From: a virus
Lineage: Duplodnaviria; Caudoviricetes
Strand: one strand, 5' to 3'
Virus record (IMG/VR): IMGVR_UViG_3300036779_000065
Location: 1-26,207 of that record
Length of the DNA stretch: 26,207 bases
The notes below the pieces were generated by a model. That model was given only the letters and a program-made list of their open reading frames with translations, was not told the DNA's origin and searched no databases. Positions 16,939 through 25,884 of the stretch are shown here, piece by piece; position 1 is the first letter of the stretch, and each line of letters starts with the position of its first letter. Made by a program: the position numbers and the translations under genes.

Positions 16939-17363
16939 GTCTTAATGATGTACTGAGGGGCTTGATAGAGTCGGGTATGTCTCTGCTCTAGCTGGCTCAT
17001 TCCCAGCAATTGATTGCTGGCATCCATTTCGAAATTGGCCTGCATTACCGGCAATGCGAAAGGAATCTTGCCCGGTTTACCAATGGCTGCGTGCAGTGCC
17101 GGGTAATCACGAGCTGATACCACTCTGCCATCACATGGCAACCAGCCAAGAGGTGCAGAGTTGCCCATATAAGGCTGGATGGTGCCAACTGGGGGACCTA
17201 AATGTGGCCCTGCCGCACCAACCGGGCCCTGAGGGCCGATTGGTCCTATCGGACCAAGCGAATTCTGGCCGGTGAAATGGACTGGCGGCTTGGCTGCGGC
17301 TTTGGGCAGGAATGGGAGGCCCACCAAGGCGGTGAGCATCTGCAGAAAAGAGCGACGTTTCAT
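16935..17363 (-). CDS. Phage tail-collar-domain protein with a twin-arginine-like signal and short collagen repeat
   Basis: MKRRSFLQMLTALVG...AAA; GPIGPIGPQGPVGAAGP; PVGTIQPYMG..AP.GWLPCDG......YPAL.AAIG...FALP...YIIK (tail collar, PF07484-like). Confidence 0.75.
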   Translation of the reverse strand: MKRRSFLQMLTALVGLPFLPKAAAKPPVHFTGQNSLGPIGPIGPQGPVGAAGPHLGPPVGTIQPYMGNSAPLGWLPCDGRVVSARDYPALHAAIGKPGKIPFALPVMQANFEMDASNQLLGMSQLEQRHTRLYQAPQYIIKT

Positions 17364-18784
17364 AAGGCAAGGACAGGGTTGGTGTGTTCAGGCAAGAAAG
17401 CCATTGAGCCGATATGGCCACAAATGAGTTGGGTGTCCAGCCAGATCGGGATCCCGCAGGCTTTGACCCGGCGGCAGAAAGCTTCGTCTTCGCCTTCATC
17501 GCCTTCGGGCTGGAAATAACGCCAGGGAGCCATCTCGGTTTGCGGAGCGAGCATAGGGAAACTACGCTGGACCTCTAAGAACACTTCCCGGTGAACCAAA
17601 GCGCATCCGAATCCGATCCAGTCTACTTCGGCCAAGCCGCGTGCCGTCCCGCGTCGGATTTCGTTGCACAAGAGTTTGTCCTCATGGCTACGCGGGTTGA
17701 TTTCCGGCTGCATTACCAGAGCGCCGTGCCATTTCCGGCTAGCGTAAACGCCACCCAGGACCGCCTTAGACTGCCCCAGCATACGCCCCAGCACATCATA
17801 GCCGCAGTACTCCTGTGGCACACTGGTACAGTTAGTGATAAACCGGAACCAATCAGGGTTAGCGATTGGAGGAGCCATATCCGCGTCCAGCCATAAGCTC
17901 CAGAGACAACCCGATTCTAAAAAACGTTTTGCTAGCATGTTCCGCGACCGGTGAATCATCGTGTCGGCCTGGAAGGTGAACCCCAGTTCGTACTTCTTGG
18001 TGAGATAGGCAAGCACCGTGGTAAAGGGCAATGTGGGCCGGTCTAAGACCGCACTGCAGATCATTACATTGGTCTTGGTGCGGTTAGGCACGCTGGTCAC
18101 CCAGCCTTCCCGGCCATTGGCCTCAAAGTGGGGCTCTAATTCCTCAAGGATCATGTCCTTAATGCCCGGAGTACGGTGCATGAATTTGAGGATGGCGGCG
18201 AGCGGGATATTGCCCGGATTAGTCATCCAGTTTTTTAAGGTCGCACCCGAACGTTCGTAGAACTTTTGAGCCGCTTCACTCTTCTCTCCACCCATTTCCC
18301 AGACGTGATCACAGATCATCTTGGCTAAGTCGAGCTTTGGCCGCTCCGCTTTAGGAGCTTGCTCTACTTGCTCCTGTTTAGGAGGCTCCGGCTCAGCCGC
18401 CGCCATGGGATTGGTTCCACTGGGAATGACCGTCTGAGGCTGAATGTGATGGGGCTGAGGCTCGACAATCGTGCCGATTGAAGTCCGCATAGTCGGCTGA
18501 GGCGGCATCACCGCCATCTGGGGCTGGTTAGCAACATGTTGCTGCGGGGGGACAACCGCAATCTGCGGAGGGGCCATCACCGCTTCGCCCCGGCCCACCA
18601 CTTGGCTGATAAATTGACCGGGCTCAACCGGCTTTCCCTGTGGGATCTGGTGGGGCCCGCTTGTCCCTGGAGGCGGCTTGCCGCTGCCAGGATAATAAAA
18701 CTCTGCGGTGGGAGGAGGCTGGGCCCCGCCGCTTTTGCCGCCGTACTTAGCTTCCAGCGCCGCTGCGTCAGTTTTGATTGCCAT
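17360..18784 (-). CDS. Glycosyltransferase family 2-like protein with a P/Q-rich N-terminus and possible HTH middle domain
   Basis: IHRSRN.LA..FL, LWLDAD (DxD), VDWIGFGCALVHREVF and GEDEAFCRRV...G..IWLD....CGH are typical phage GT-A motifs. Confidence 0.8.
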   Translation of the reverse strand: MAIKTDAAALEAKYGGKSGGAQPPPTAEFYYPGSGKPPPGTSGPHQIPQGKPVEPGQFISQVVGRGEAVMAPPQIAVVPPQQHVANQPQMAVMPPQPTMRTSIGTIVEPQPHHIQPQTVIPSGTNPMAAAEPEPPKQEQVEQAPKAERPKLDLAKMICDHVWEMGGEKSEAAQKFYERSGATLKNWMTNPGNIPLAAILKFMHRTPGIKDMILEELEPHFEANGREGWVTSVPNRTKTNVMICSAVLDRPTLPFTTVLAYLTKKYELGFTFQADTMIHRSRNMLAKRFLESGCLWSLWLDADMAPPIANPDWFRFITNCTSVPQEYCGYDVLGRMLGQSKAVLGGVYASRKWHGALVMQPEINPRSHEDKLLCNEIRRGTARGLAEVDWIGFGCALVHREVFLEVQRSFPMLAPQTEMAPWRYFQPEGDEGEDEAFCRRVKACGIPIWLDTQLICGHIGSMAFLPEHTNPVLAL

Positions 18785-18787
18785 AAT

Positions 18788-20110
18788 TTAGGTGCCCTTG
18801 TCGATGTCGTCCCAAATGCTCTGCATGGATTTGCGAGGATCTCCCAGGTCTTTGATGGAAAGGCCCTGCCCATTTTTCTTGGTCTCTGTAGAAGGCTGCG
18901 TGCCGGTAGTGTGAGCCAGTTTCCGGCGAGAGCCTGTGATCTTTTCTAGGTCGGACTTGTACTGGTCACGCTCGGCTTTCGCGTCCTTCAGCTCCTTCTC
19001 CAAGTTTACGATCTGATCATTCATAATCTGGGAACGAGTCGCCTCCACGGCCACCCGTACCCAGGCGCGCGGGCCGTGCTCAGAAATGTCTCTGACCTGG
19101 GAAACAAAGAAATCGTTGAGCTTCTGAAACCGCGCGTTATGTGCCTCCATGGCGGCGCGCTCTTCAGTCGTCTTTGCCTGACTGACATCCACCGGCATGA
19201 CCGTCGAGATGCGCTTTTCCTGTTCCCCAATCTCGGCCATGATCTCATTTTGGACCTGCTGAGCTGTCCGTTGGGCCTTTTCGTTAATCCAATTGTCGAA
19301 GCTGGATTTATCGTTGGTCCGGCGGGTGATCTCTCCATCCCGGTCACGCTGCAGTTCTAAAAGTTTACTAACCGAATTAAGAAGGGAACTGCGGTCCAGC
19401 TCGTTAGGCACCTTGGCCACCACAGAATTGAGCCACCAGTCCCGGTTAACTGCGTCCGGCCCATAGTTCTGCTTGATGTGCTGGGCCCAATTCTGCGCTG
19501 CCTGCCGGTCAGGCAATACCTGAACTGCTTCGTCTAAAATCCGATCAAATTGGTTGCGAACCGGCGCATGATACTGCTTCAGAAACTCCGGGTCAGACAT
19601 GAAGTCAAACCGGCGACGGACTTGGACTGCCTGCTCGTAATCTGCTCGAGTCTCCGGCGTCCAGGCATTCTGGCGCACCTGGGTCAGCTCCTGCTCTATT
19701 GCCTGGGCCTTCTGCAAGGCCTCGTTAGCCCTGCGCTGATCGGCCTTCCACAGCTCCTTGATCTTCTTAAACTGCTCAACATGCTCGGGCCTGGGCGTGT
19801 AAGTACCGGCGGTCAGCTCGAGCTTATCGATGTCGACGGGCTCCGGCGCAGTACTTGGTGGAATGGCCTCCTTAGTTGGCGGAGGCTCTTCCTTAGTTGG
19901 CGCTACGGTCTCTTTAGTTGGGGTTTCGGGCGCTGCCGGAGCTGCCGGAGGTGCTTCTTTAACCGGAGTCGCGGCCTCGGTGCCCTTATCCGTATCAGCC
20001 CAGAAATCTTCGAACGATTTATTTAGGTCCCCTACCTGCGCCTTATCGACCCCTAGATCGATAGTCGTAGTCTCTGGGACCGTGGTAGACAGAGGTACAT
20101 CATCAGCCAT
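18788..20110 (-). CDS. Putative capsid scaffolding protein
   Basis: Acidic P/A/E/T-rich N-terminus, long predicted coiled coils, located after the portal. Confidence 0.62.
   Translation of the reverse strand: MADDVPLSTTVPETTTIDLGVDKAQVGDLNKSFEDFWADTDKGTEAATPVKEAPPAAPAAPETPTKETVAPTKEEPPPTKEAIPPSTAPEPVDIDKLELTAGTYTPRPEHVEQFKKIKELWKADQRRANEALQKAQAIEQELTQVRQNAWTPETRADYEQAVQVRRRFDFMSDPEFLKQYHAPVRNQFDRILDEAVQVLPDRQAAQNWAQHIKQNYGPDAVNRDWWLNSVVAKVPNELDRSSLLNSVSKLLELQRDRDGEITRRTNDKSSFDNWINEKAQRTAQQVQNEIMAEIGEQEKRISTVMPVDVSQAKTTEERAAMEAHNARFQKLNDFFVSQVRDISEHGPRAWVRVAVEATRSQIMNDQIVNLEKELKDAKAERDQYKSDLEKITGSRRKLAHTTGTQPSTETKKNGQGLSIKDLGDPRKSMQSIWDDIDKGT
19870..19921. repeat. Imperfect 21-bp-period repeat encoding PTKE x3
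   Basis: CYTTAGTTGG recurs at about 19870, 19891 and 19912 (PTKETVA-PTKEEPP-PTKEAIP). Confidence 0.7.
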
Positions 20111-20114
20111 GGCT

Positions 20115-20378
20115 TTAGTCTTTCGTCATATCGATTGGTTTTATGCTCACCGTCTCCTCAGCTCTCACTGTGCGGGTGGCAGGAATCACTTCGTTAAGCA
20201 GATGCTCGTACCCGGCGATATAGGCCCCGCTTAAGGCTGCGGCCTCGGTGCCTTTGGAAATATCGACCTTGGGTTTCATCGTCATCAGAGTGCCTATCCA
20301 ACGAACTCCCTGTTTGGAATTAAGGAAATCGTTGATCGCGGCAGCATCGCTGGCCGTCCAGATCTGGGGAGTCATCAT
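20115..20378 (-). CDS. Small hypothetical protein between portal and scaffold
   Basis: 87 aa; GGAGGAGG upstream; 4-nt overlap with the portal gene end. Confidence 0.7.
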   Translation of the reverse strand: MMTPQIWTASDAAAINDFLNSKQGVRWIGTLMTMKPKVDISKGTEAAALSGAYIAGYEHLLNEVIPATRTVRAEETVSIKPIDMTKD

Positions 20379-22855
20379 TGCATCCCTCCTCCAAGTTGCG
20401 GCATGCCTCCAGCGCCATTAGCGCCCCCAGGAGCGCCTAATCCCATTCCGGCAGCATTGTTGCCCATGGGGATGCCCATCGGCCCGCTGGGGCCCATTGG
20501 CGGCTGTTGTGGGGGCCCTCCCATTCCAGCCACTCCGGCGTTTTGCTGCGCCATCGCCTGCATCTGAGCGGCCATCTGTTCAGCCTGCATAATCTTTTGG
20601 TTTAACTCATTGTACATTTTCTCCAGATCCTTCATTTGCAGGATCTGGGGCTTGAGCTGGCGCTCGTTGGCTCCGCTCTGGAGCATCGCCTGGATATGGG
20701 CCTCGGCGTGCGTCGCGCCCAATTTGCAGGCATTGAGCAAGTCTTTGGGCACCTGTACCGGAGGCATCTGGGAAGCAATTTTGAGGTGGTCCGCGACCGC
20801 CGGAACAATGGTCTGGAAATGCTGCATATGCGGGTCGCGCTGGCTTACTTGGACCCCGATTCCGCTTCCCAGCATGGTGGCCCATTCCATCTGCTGGTTA
20901 CGCTGAGCTTCGATGTCGGTGGTCTGCCCCGGCTGGGGCACAAAGAGTTCTTTCGCGTTCTGGAAACCTACCATCCGGTTCGCGGCCTGCTCGTCTAACT
21001 TCGACTGATCAAAATTCGGATTGCCCTTGGCCAGCTGATAGAACTGCAAGAACATCATGTCGTCGTCCCGGCCAGCGTGCTGGGTAAATTGGGTGGCCGG
21101 TTCGTGAGCCAGGATAATGATCTCTTGGATGGAAAGCCCATCGTCCAAGAGACGCATAATAGTCTCGACGCTCGCTTGGTCGGCATCCCCGAGATCGGGG
21201 GCCCTAAGGAATTGTTTCTCTGTGTCGTTATCGACCGTCATCATCATGTCGTAGAGATCACCGAAAATGATGCTCTTGCCGGTATCAGCGGCTCTAAGCC
21301 GTGCTTTGCGCTGTTTCATGGCAGCGCGCAAATTGACCTTGGAATAGATCCGGCGCTGCATAGAAGAGACCCCGCGCGTGAACTGAACCCACCACCGGTT
21401 CATCATCCCGGCTTTGACCTCTTCTTCTTTTACGGTGTCGATTGACTCTTTAGTGGCCGTCTGGATCTGCTGGCCGTTATTGGAGATCTGTTGCTGGTCA
21501 GGAAGGAAAGCTCCGGCAATAATTTCTGCCGTGTTAGAGAGTTTCTGGTCGAGGCCTAACCAGTTATTGATGTCAACTTTGAACTGCTGCATGAGCAGGC
21601 TGAACCCTTCCGGTATAATCATGAAAGGGGAACGCACATGCGGCTGGAGCCGACCGATAATTGACTCCTCGGCTTGACCGACTAACAGCCCGGAAATGTA
21701 CATGGCATCGATAAAGCACATCCGGGCCTTCTCCATCGCCAGCGATATGTTATACAGGAGGCGTCCGATCCCTTTACTACCAAAAAGCCGACAGTTCCCG
21801 GCCTGGAAGCTAAAGAGTGTAATTACATCGTCCATGGCTTCGGCTACTGTCTCGAAATAGCCTAACTCATAAGGATCCTGCTCCATCGGCCTGGGTTCAC
21901 CCGGCGCTGACTCAGTCTGAGATGGACTCTTTTCCATCGGTCGGCTACGGTTAGAGTTAGACCTTTTACTGCCATTACGATTAACCCACCAATGATCGAC
22001 TGTATTATCGTAACACTTAACGAAAACGTGTGCAGTTTCGATCATCTTGCTTGATCGGTGAAAGGAGTAATACAAATTTCCTTCACGGACCATGTCGGAA
22101 AGCTGCCGGGGGTTATAGACAAACGAATCGTACGGTGGAGCGGCTTTCTCTACTGCGGCCTTAATATTCTGGACGTGGTAACCGGCTTTCTCAGCCGCAT
22201 CGGCGTCCTCGATTATCGCACACGCCTCGTGGATGTAATAATTAGCTTTAATAACAAAGACCGGAAGCTTTTCCGCGAGCTGCGGCGCTTGCTCATCGAA
22301 GAGCGTATCCTCCTGGCGGAAAGTCTGCGGCCTCCACTCGAATTCATCCATCTGCACGCCTGCGGTGTAACCGTAGAGCACGTTCTCGGTCGCTACCTGT
22401 TCAACGTAATCCACCCAACCGTTCCAACTCCTGAGTTGTTCAGTTGTTCTTTCCCTGAATTTCTCTGTTTTGTTGGTCGCGTTAATGAAAGAGTCGGGAA
22501 GTTCGCTCGCGGTCAGGTATTTCATGCCGTGCACGGCATCGGTGAGACGGGGCGTAACTCGGTCTACGAATGTAGCCAGTACCAGGGTGGAAAAATTAGC
22601 TCGCCAGCCTTGTGCATTGGAATCCAGTTTTTTCTGATCAAACGGGTTGCCTCCGTTGTAGGAGTCGCTGATCAGCTTGTTGCGGTTGGCCCTTGCCTGA
22701 TTGTCGCGCTGCAGCCGCTGGAAGACCTCGAAGGCCTGCTGAGCGGTGCTGATCGGCTTATTTACGACCTTTGTGGAGTCCTCCGCAAAGCGAACGGTAT
22801 TAAACCGGCCTAGCTGTTCTCCACCGAAACTATCGGTTACATTGTCACTGGCCAT
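20375..22855 (-). CDS. Portal protein
   Basis: 826 aa, largest ORF after the terminase. Helical N-terminus (R..RN..I...YNG..P) and a Q/M/G/P-rich C-terminal tail typical of podoviral portals. Confidence 0.8.
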   Translation of the reverse strand: MASDNVTDSFGGEQLGRFNTVRFAEDSTKVVNKPISTAQQAFEVFQRLQRDNQARANRNKLISDSYNGGNPFDQKKLDSNAQGWRANFSTLVLATFVDRVTPRLTDAVHGMKYLTASELPDSFINATNKTEKFRERTTEQLRSWNGWVDYVEQVATENVLYGYTAGVQMDEFEWRPQTFRQEDTLFDEQAPQLAEKLPVFVIKANYYIHEACAIIEDADAAEKAGYHVQNIKAAVEKAAPPYDSFVYNPRQLSDMVREGNLYYSFHRSSKMIETAHVFVKCYDNTVDHWWVNRNGSKRSNSNRSRPMEKSPSQTESAPGEPRPMEQDPYELGYFETVAEAMDDVITLFSFQAGNCRLFGSKGIGRLLYNISLAMEKARMCFIDAMYISGLLVGQAEESIIGRLQPHVRSPFMIIPEGFSLLMQQFKVDINNWLGLDQKLSNTAEIIAGAFLPDQQQISNNGQQIQTATKESIDTVKEEEVKAGMMNRWWVQFTRGVSSMQRRIYSKVNLRAAMKQRKARLRAADTGKSIIFGDLYDMMMTVDNDTEKQFLRAPDLGDADQASVETIMRLLDDGLSIQEIIILAHEPATQFTQHAGRDDDMMFLQFYQLAKGNPNFDQSKLDEQAANRMVGFQNAKELFVPQPGQTTDIEAQRNQQMEWATMLGSGIGVQVSQRDPHMQHFQTIVPAVADHLKIASQMPPVQVPKDLLNACKLGATHAEAHIQAMLQSGANERQLKPQILQMKDLEKMYNELNQKIMQAEQMAAQMQAMAQQNAGVAGMGGPPQQPPMGPSGPMGIPMGNNAAGMGLGAPGGANGAGGMPQLGGGMQ

Positions 22856-22874
22856 ATTGGGCCTTTCATCAAAT

Positions 22875-23093
22875 TTATGTCATTGCACTTCCGCGATGCC
22901 GGATCTGCACAATCGTGGACTCGTTGATAACTTGGGTCACGTTGCCGCTAGTGACTGACAAGGCACCTGCCGTGGAAAACTGAGCCTGTCCGACCAGAGC
23001 ATCGATCTTATCACCTGAATTGAGCGTGAGCGTGAAATCCCGGTTGGCGGTGATCAGCTCCTGTACGTAGGTGTAGAGCGGACTTAAGGTCAT
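22875..23093 (-). CDS. Small hypothetical protein (72 aa), possible Sm/Hfq-like fold
   Basis: Start moved to ATG 23093 (ATGA overlap with the upstream stop). Helix followed by FTLTLNSGDKI and TQVINESTIVQI. Confidence 0.55.
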   Translation of the reverse strand: MTLSPLYTYVQELITANRDFTLTLNSGDKIDALVGQAQFSTAGALSVTSGNVTQVINESTIVQIRHRGSAMT

Positions 23094-23719
23094 TTCTGAA
23101 CGACCCAGCAATGGGCTGGAGGGGGGTGAATGGGACGGGATTGAGTGTCGCTTAGCCAGACCGCTGCCCGGTTGATATGGCCGTAGACCCGGCACATGTG
23201 CAGCTGGCGATCAATAGGCGTGCGAAGATTACCCAGGAAATTCTGCAGCCGCACCTCAATGGTTTCATTACAGGGCGCGCAAGGTGTCTCCCAGCGGATG
23301 TTGCTCTGGCACTGCGCGCAGATCTGGGCGCGATGTCCGGCCAAGCCCTGGTCAATAAACTCGGGCTTTGAACTGGCGAATTGGCCTAACCAATTCCCGG
23401 CCCGGTCGATGGGCGCACTGTAGTCGCGCCGGATAAAGCCTATGCCCTGCACCTTGTGCGGGGCAGGGTTTGAGTCAGCGCAGTTTTGCCGGAAATTGGC
23501 GCAGTAGTAAGACTTCAGATCAGCCCGGACAGCCTCGATGTAGGCATTCTCCGCTCCGCATAGATCGAGATGACGTCTGCGGAAGTCGAGGATGTTGTCG
23601 ATTAACTGCTCAAAACTAAACCCAATGATTTTGTGAGTCTGACCGCTGGCTAAATTCTGCAGGTAGTGCCAGCCACCCGGCGGAACTACGCTGGTAATAA
23701 TGCCGTGTTCAACAGACAC
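23090..23719 (-). CDS. Cys-rich hypothetical protein, probable metal binder
   Basis: GTG start 3 nt after the upstream stop; PPGGW, C..C (CAQC, CAPC), C...GH and terminal HCW. Confidence 0.7.
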   Translation of the reverse strand: MSVEHGIITSVVPPGGWHYLQNLASGQTHKIIGFSFEQLIDNILDFRRRHLDLCGAENAYIEAVRADLKSYYCANFRQNCADSNPAPHKVQGIGFIRRDYSAPIDRAGNWLGQFASSKPEFIDQGLAGHRAQICAQCQSNIRWETPCAPCNETIEVRLQNFLGNLRTPIDRQLHMCRVYGHINRAAVWLSDTQSRPIHPPPAHCWVVQK

Positions 23720-23722
23720 ACT

Positions 23723-24013
23723 TTAATGGCCAGGAGTTCTCTTGGGGCTCCCCTTCATTGACTTTTGGGAAAAGGCCGGGACGCTTTTAGCCGCTTTGCC
23801 ACTCCGCGAATTATTAAAGGCCGGAGCTTTGGAATTCCCGCTGGTCCGGCCTAACGTCGACTTAGTGGGATAGGTTGCCGCCATATGCGGAACGGCTTTG
23901 CCTTTGCCCGCATTGGTCGATTTTACGTGATCAGTAAAGCCGCTACGCTGGCCGTTGCCGCCGACTGTAGGGCCCGGTGAAGATTTCTTGCTGAAGGCAG
24001 GGATAGATCTCAT
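23723..24013 (-). CDS. Small basic K/S/G-rich disordered protein
   Basis: 96 aa with a single acidic residue; three PAF repeats. Confidence 0.65.
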   Translation of the reverse strand: MRSIPAFSKKSSPGPTVGGNGQRSGFTDHVKSTNAGKGKAVPHMAATYPTKSTLGRTSGNSKAPAFNNSRSGKAAKSVPAFSQKSMKGSPKRTPGH

Positions 24014-24037
24014 TGCTCTAGGATGGAAACGCCAGAT

Positions 24038-24066
24038 GGATCTATACGCCTAAGTAGGCGCGCAAG
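24038..24066 (-). promoter_or_regulatory. Putative promoter/operator with palindrome
   Basis: Minus strand CTTGCG-CGCCTA-CT-TAGGCG-TATAGAT in the gap after terL; resembles the element upstream of the capsid gene. Confidence 0.4.
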
Positions 24067-24072
24067 TCTAGA

Positions 24073-25884
24073 CTAGAGATCCTGGCTGAAGTCGATGTAC
24101 TGGGTGCGCTCGCGCGGGCCGATATTGGAATCCGGTAAAAGATTGGGGCGCTTGGATCCAATCATAGAGGCCTTTTCCGGCCCGTTGAGCGCGCAGCCGT
24201 GAACTAACATCACTAGCCCATCCCCGATGTCCGGCGACCAGCCCAGACGCTTTTTAAACTCTTTCTTGGGCTCGAGCCGGATCCGGGGTTTGCCGCTCGG
24301 GCCTTTACTGGAGGGCTGGAAGCGGCGGCTGGAAAGCTCTTTAAAGAGCTGGGTAGTCTGTACCTGGGGATGGATGCAGAGCAGTCCGAACTCCAGAAAT
24401 TTACGCACCCGCATATGCATCTCGGTCGTAATCCCGTCATAGACCTCAACCGAGAAATCATGGTCATCAGCCAGGAGCTTGCGCGGGCCCGATTCCGCGC
24501 CCCACATGACGCCCCGAATTGAACCCGACCACTGCTCGCACATGGCATCGTGAACGCCGGTCCCCACTCCGGTGCGGTCGCAAGTGACCCAATCAGGATG
24601 GACGTTGAGGCCCTTACATCTAATTTCCAGGCTGCTAGCAAGCGCTATCGTTTTCTCCTTCGGGATATCATAGTACTGATCGACCTGCACACAGTAGCGG
24701 GGCTTCTTAAAAAGGATGGGAACGCCGCGCAGAGGCTGAAAGCCAATGGCCCGACCGTATTTGCCGACTACCAGAATAATGCGATCCCCGCCTTCGCTCG
24801 CGAGATCAATTCCGGCGGCTCCAACGGTGCGTCCATCGAAGATGAACTGGCCGATAACCGGCTCTAGAAGCGAGTAAGGGATGAGAGTATTCTGGAGGGC
24901 GCTTAAGGGATACATCCCGCGCCCGAAAGTCAGATAGCGGCTAGACTGGCCTCCTAACTCCAGAGCGTAAATCTGGTAACCGTCCCAGGTCAGGAAACCC
25001 GGAAAAACTAACTGTCGTTGCTGGACATTCTCGGAGTCAGCCCCATCGAGTCTAAGTACGTTCCAGCGCTCCGCGCTATACCATTCCTTGTCTTTATCGA
25101 GATCGATCTGCGTCCACCCGCATGAGGGTTCAGCGAGCTGCGCGAGCTTACTCGTGACATCTCGTGGGTTGGTAGCACAGCAGACTTTGACTGCTTCAGC
25201 ACCCCAGGCAGACGCGAGAAGATTTGCCACGCCTTCCCATACTCCCGCAGGAATCTCTTCCGCCTCGTCCAGAAAGGCTCGGACCCGCGACATACTTCCA
25301 AAGGTCGGATGAGCGCGGCTTCGGGGTACTGGGTGAAAACCCTGTAGAACACCTTTACCATCTTCGCCCTGTGGGATTGCCACGAGCGTGATGGCACTGT
25401 GCCGGTCCTTAGGGTTAAGGCCGACAAACATATCCATCGCCAGCCCCGGAAGTGGGATAATGGCGTTTTGGTAGAGACGTTGCAGCGTCGAGAAGCTTTG
25501 CGACTTCGCATGGCCACCCGTCGTCGAGATGATCTTGATTTCAGTGAATTCTGGGTCACGGATCCAATCTAGCAAAAGGTAACAAATGATCGTGTAGGTT
25601 TTGCCTAAAGCAGCACCACCCAGAACGATCAGGTTCTGGGTGGTACGTACTTTCTGAATGACCTGTCTTACGGCCTCGGGCCCGTAATTGAAAAGGGCTT
25701 CCCCCCACAGGATAAGGCCCGCCGCTCCGTAACGTTCAGTCTCAAGGAGCCGCTTAATGAGCGCCCAGAGCCAGCTCTTGGCTTGATCCGGGCTTTCGAC
25801 CGTGTCGTCAATTTTGTAGACGGCTCGGACTAACTCTTCGTCGGTTCCTTCACCACACTCGCGACGAAACTGCACCAAATCCAT
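24073..25884 (-). CDS. terL: Terminase large subunit
   Basis: Walker A GGAALGKT, Walker B AFLDEAEE, motif III ATNP, and RNase H-like nuclease motifs GIDLASEGGD, CDRTGVG and SPDIGD. Confidence 0.93.
   Translation of the reverse strand: MDLVQFRRECGEGTDEELVRAVYKIDDTVESPDQAKSWLWALIKRLLETERYGAAGLILWGEALFNYGPEAVRQVIQKVRTTQNLIVLGGAALGKTYTIICYLLLDWIRDPEFTEIKIISTTGGHAKSQSFSTLQRLYQNAIIPLPGLAMDMFVGLNPKDRHSAITLVAIPQGEDGKGVLQGFHPVPRSRAHPTFGSMSRVRAFLDEAEEIPAGVWEGVANLLASAWGAEAVKVCCATNPRDVTSKLAQLAEPSCGWTQIDLDKDKEWYSAERWNVLRLDGADSENVQQRQLVFPGFLTWDGYQIYALELGGQSSRYLTFGRGMYPLSALQNTLIPYSLLEPVIGQFIFDGRTVGAAGIDLASEGGDRIILVVGKYGRAIGFQPLRGVPILFKKPRYCVQVDQYYDIPKEKTIALASSLEIRCKGLNVHPDWVTCDRTGVGTGVHDAMCEQWSGSIRGVMWGAESGPRKLLADDHDFSVEVYDGITTEMHMRVRKFLEFGLLCIHPQVQTTQLFKELSSRRFQPSSKGPSGKPRIRLEPKKEFKKRLGWSPDIGDGLVMLVHGCALNGPEKASMIGSKRPNLLPDSNIGPRERTQYIDFSQDL

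Noticed and set aside
22058-22813. 251-aa plus-strand ORF and the many other plus-strand or nested ORFs (e.g. 326..823, 19550..20026, 25008..25559)
   Set aside because: They lie antisense to or out of frame within well-supported genes and have no motifs; shadow ORFs.
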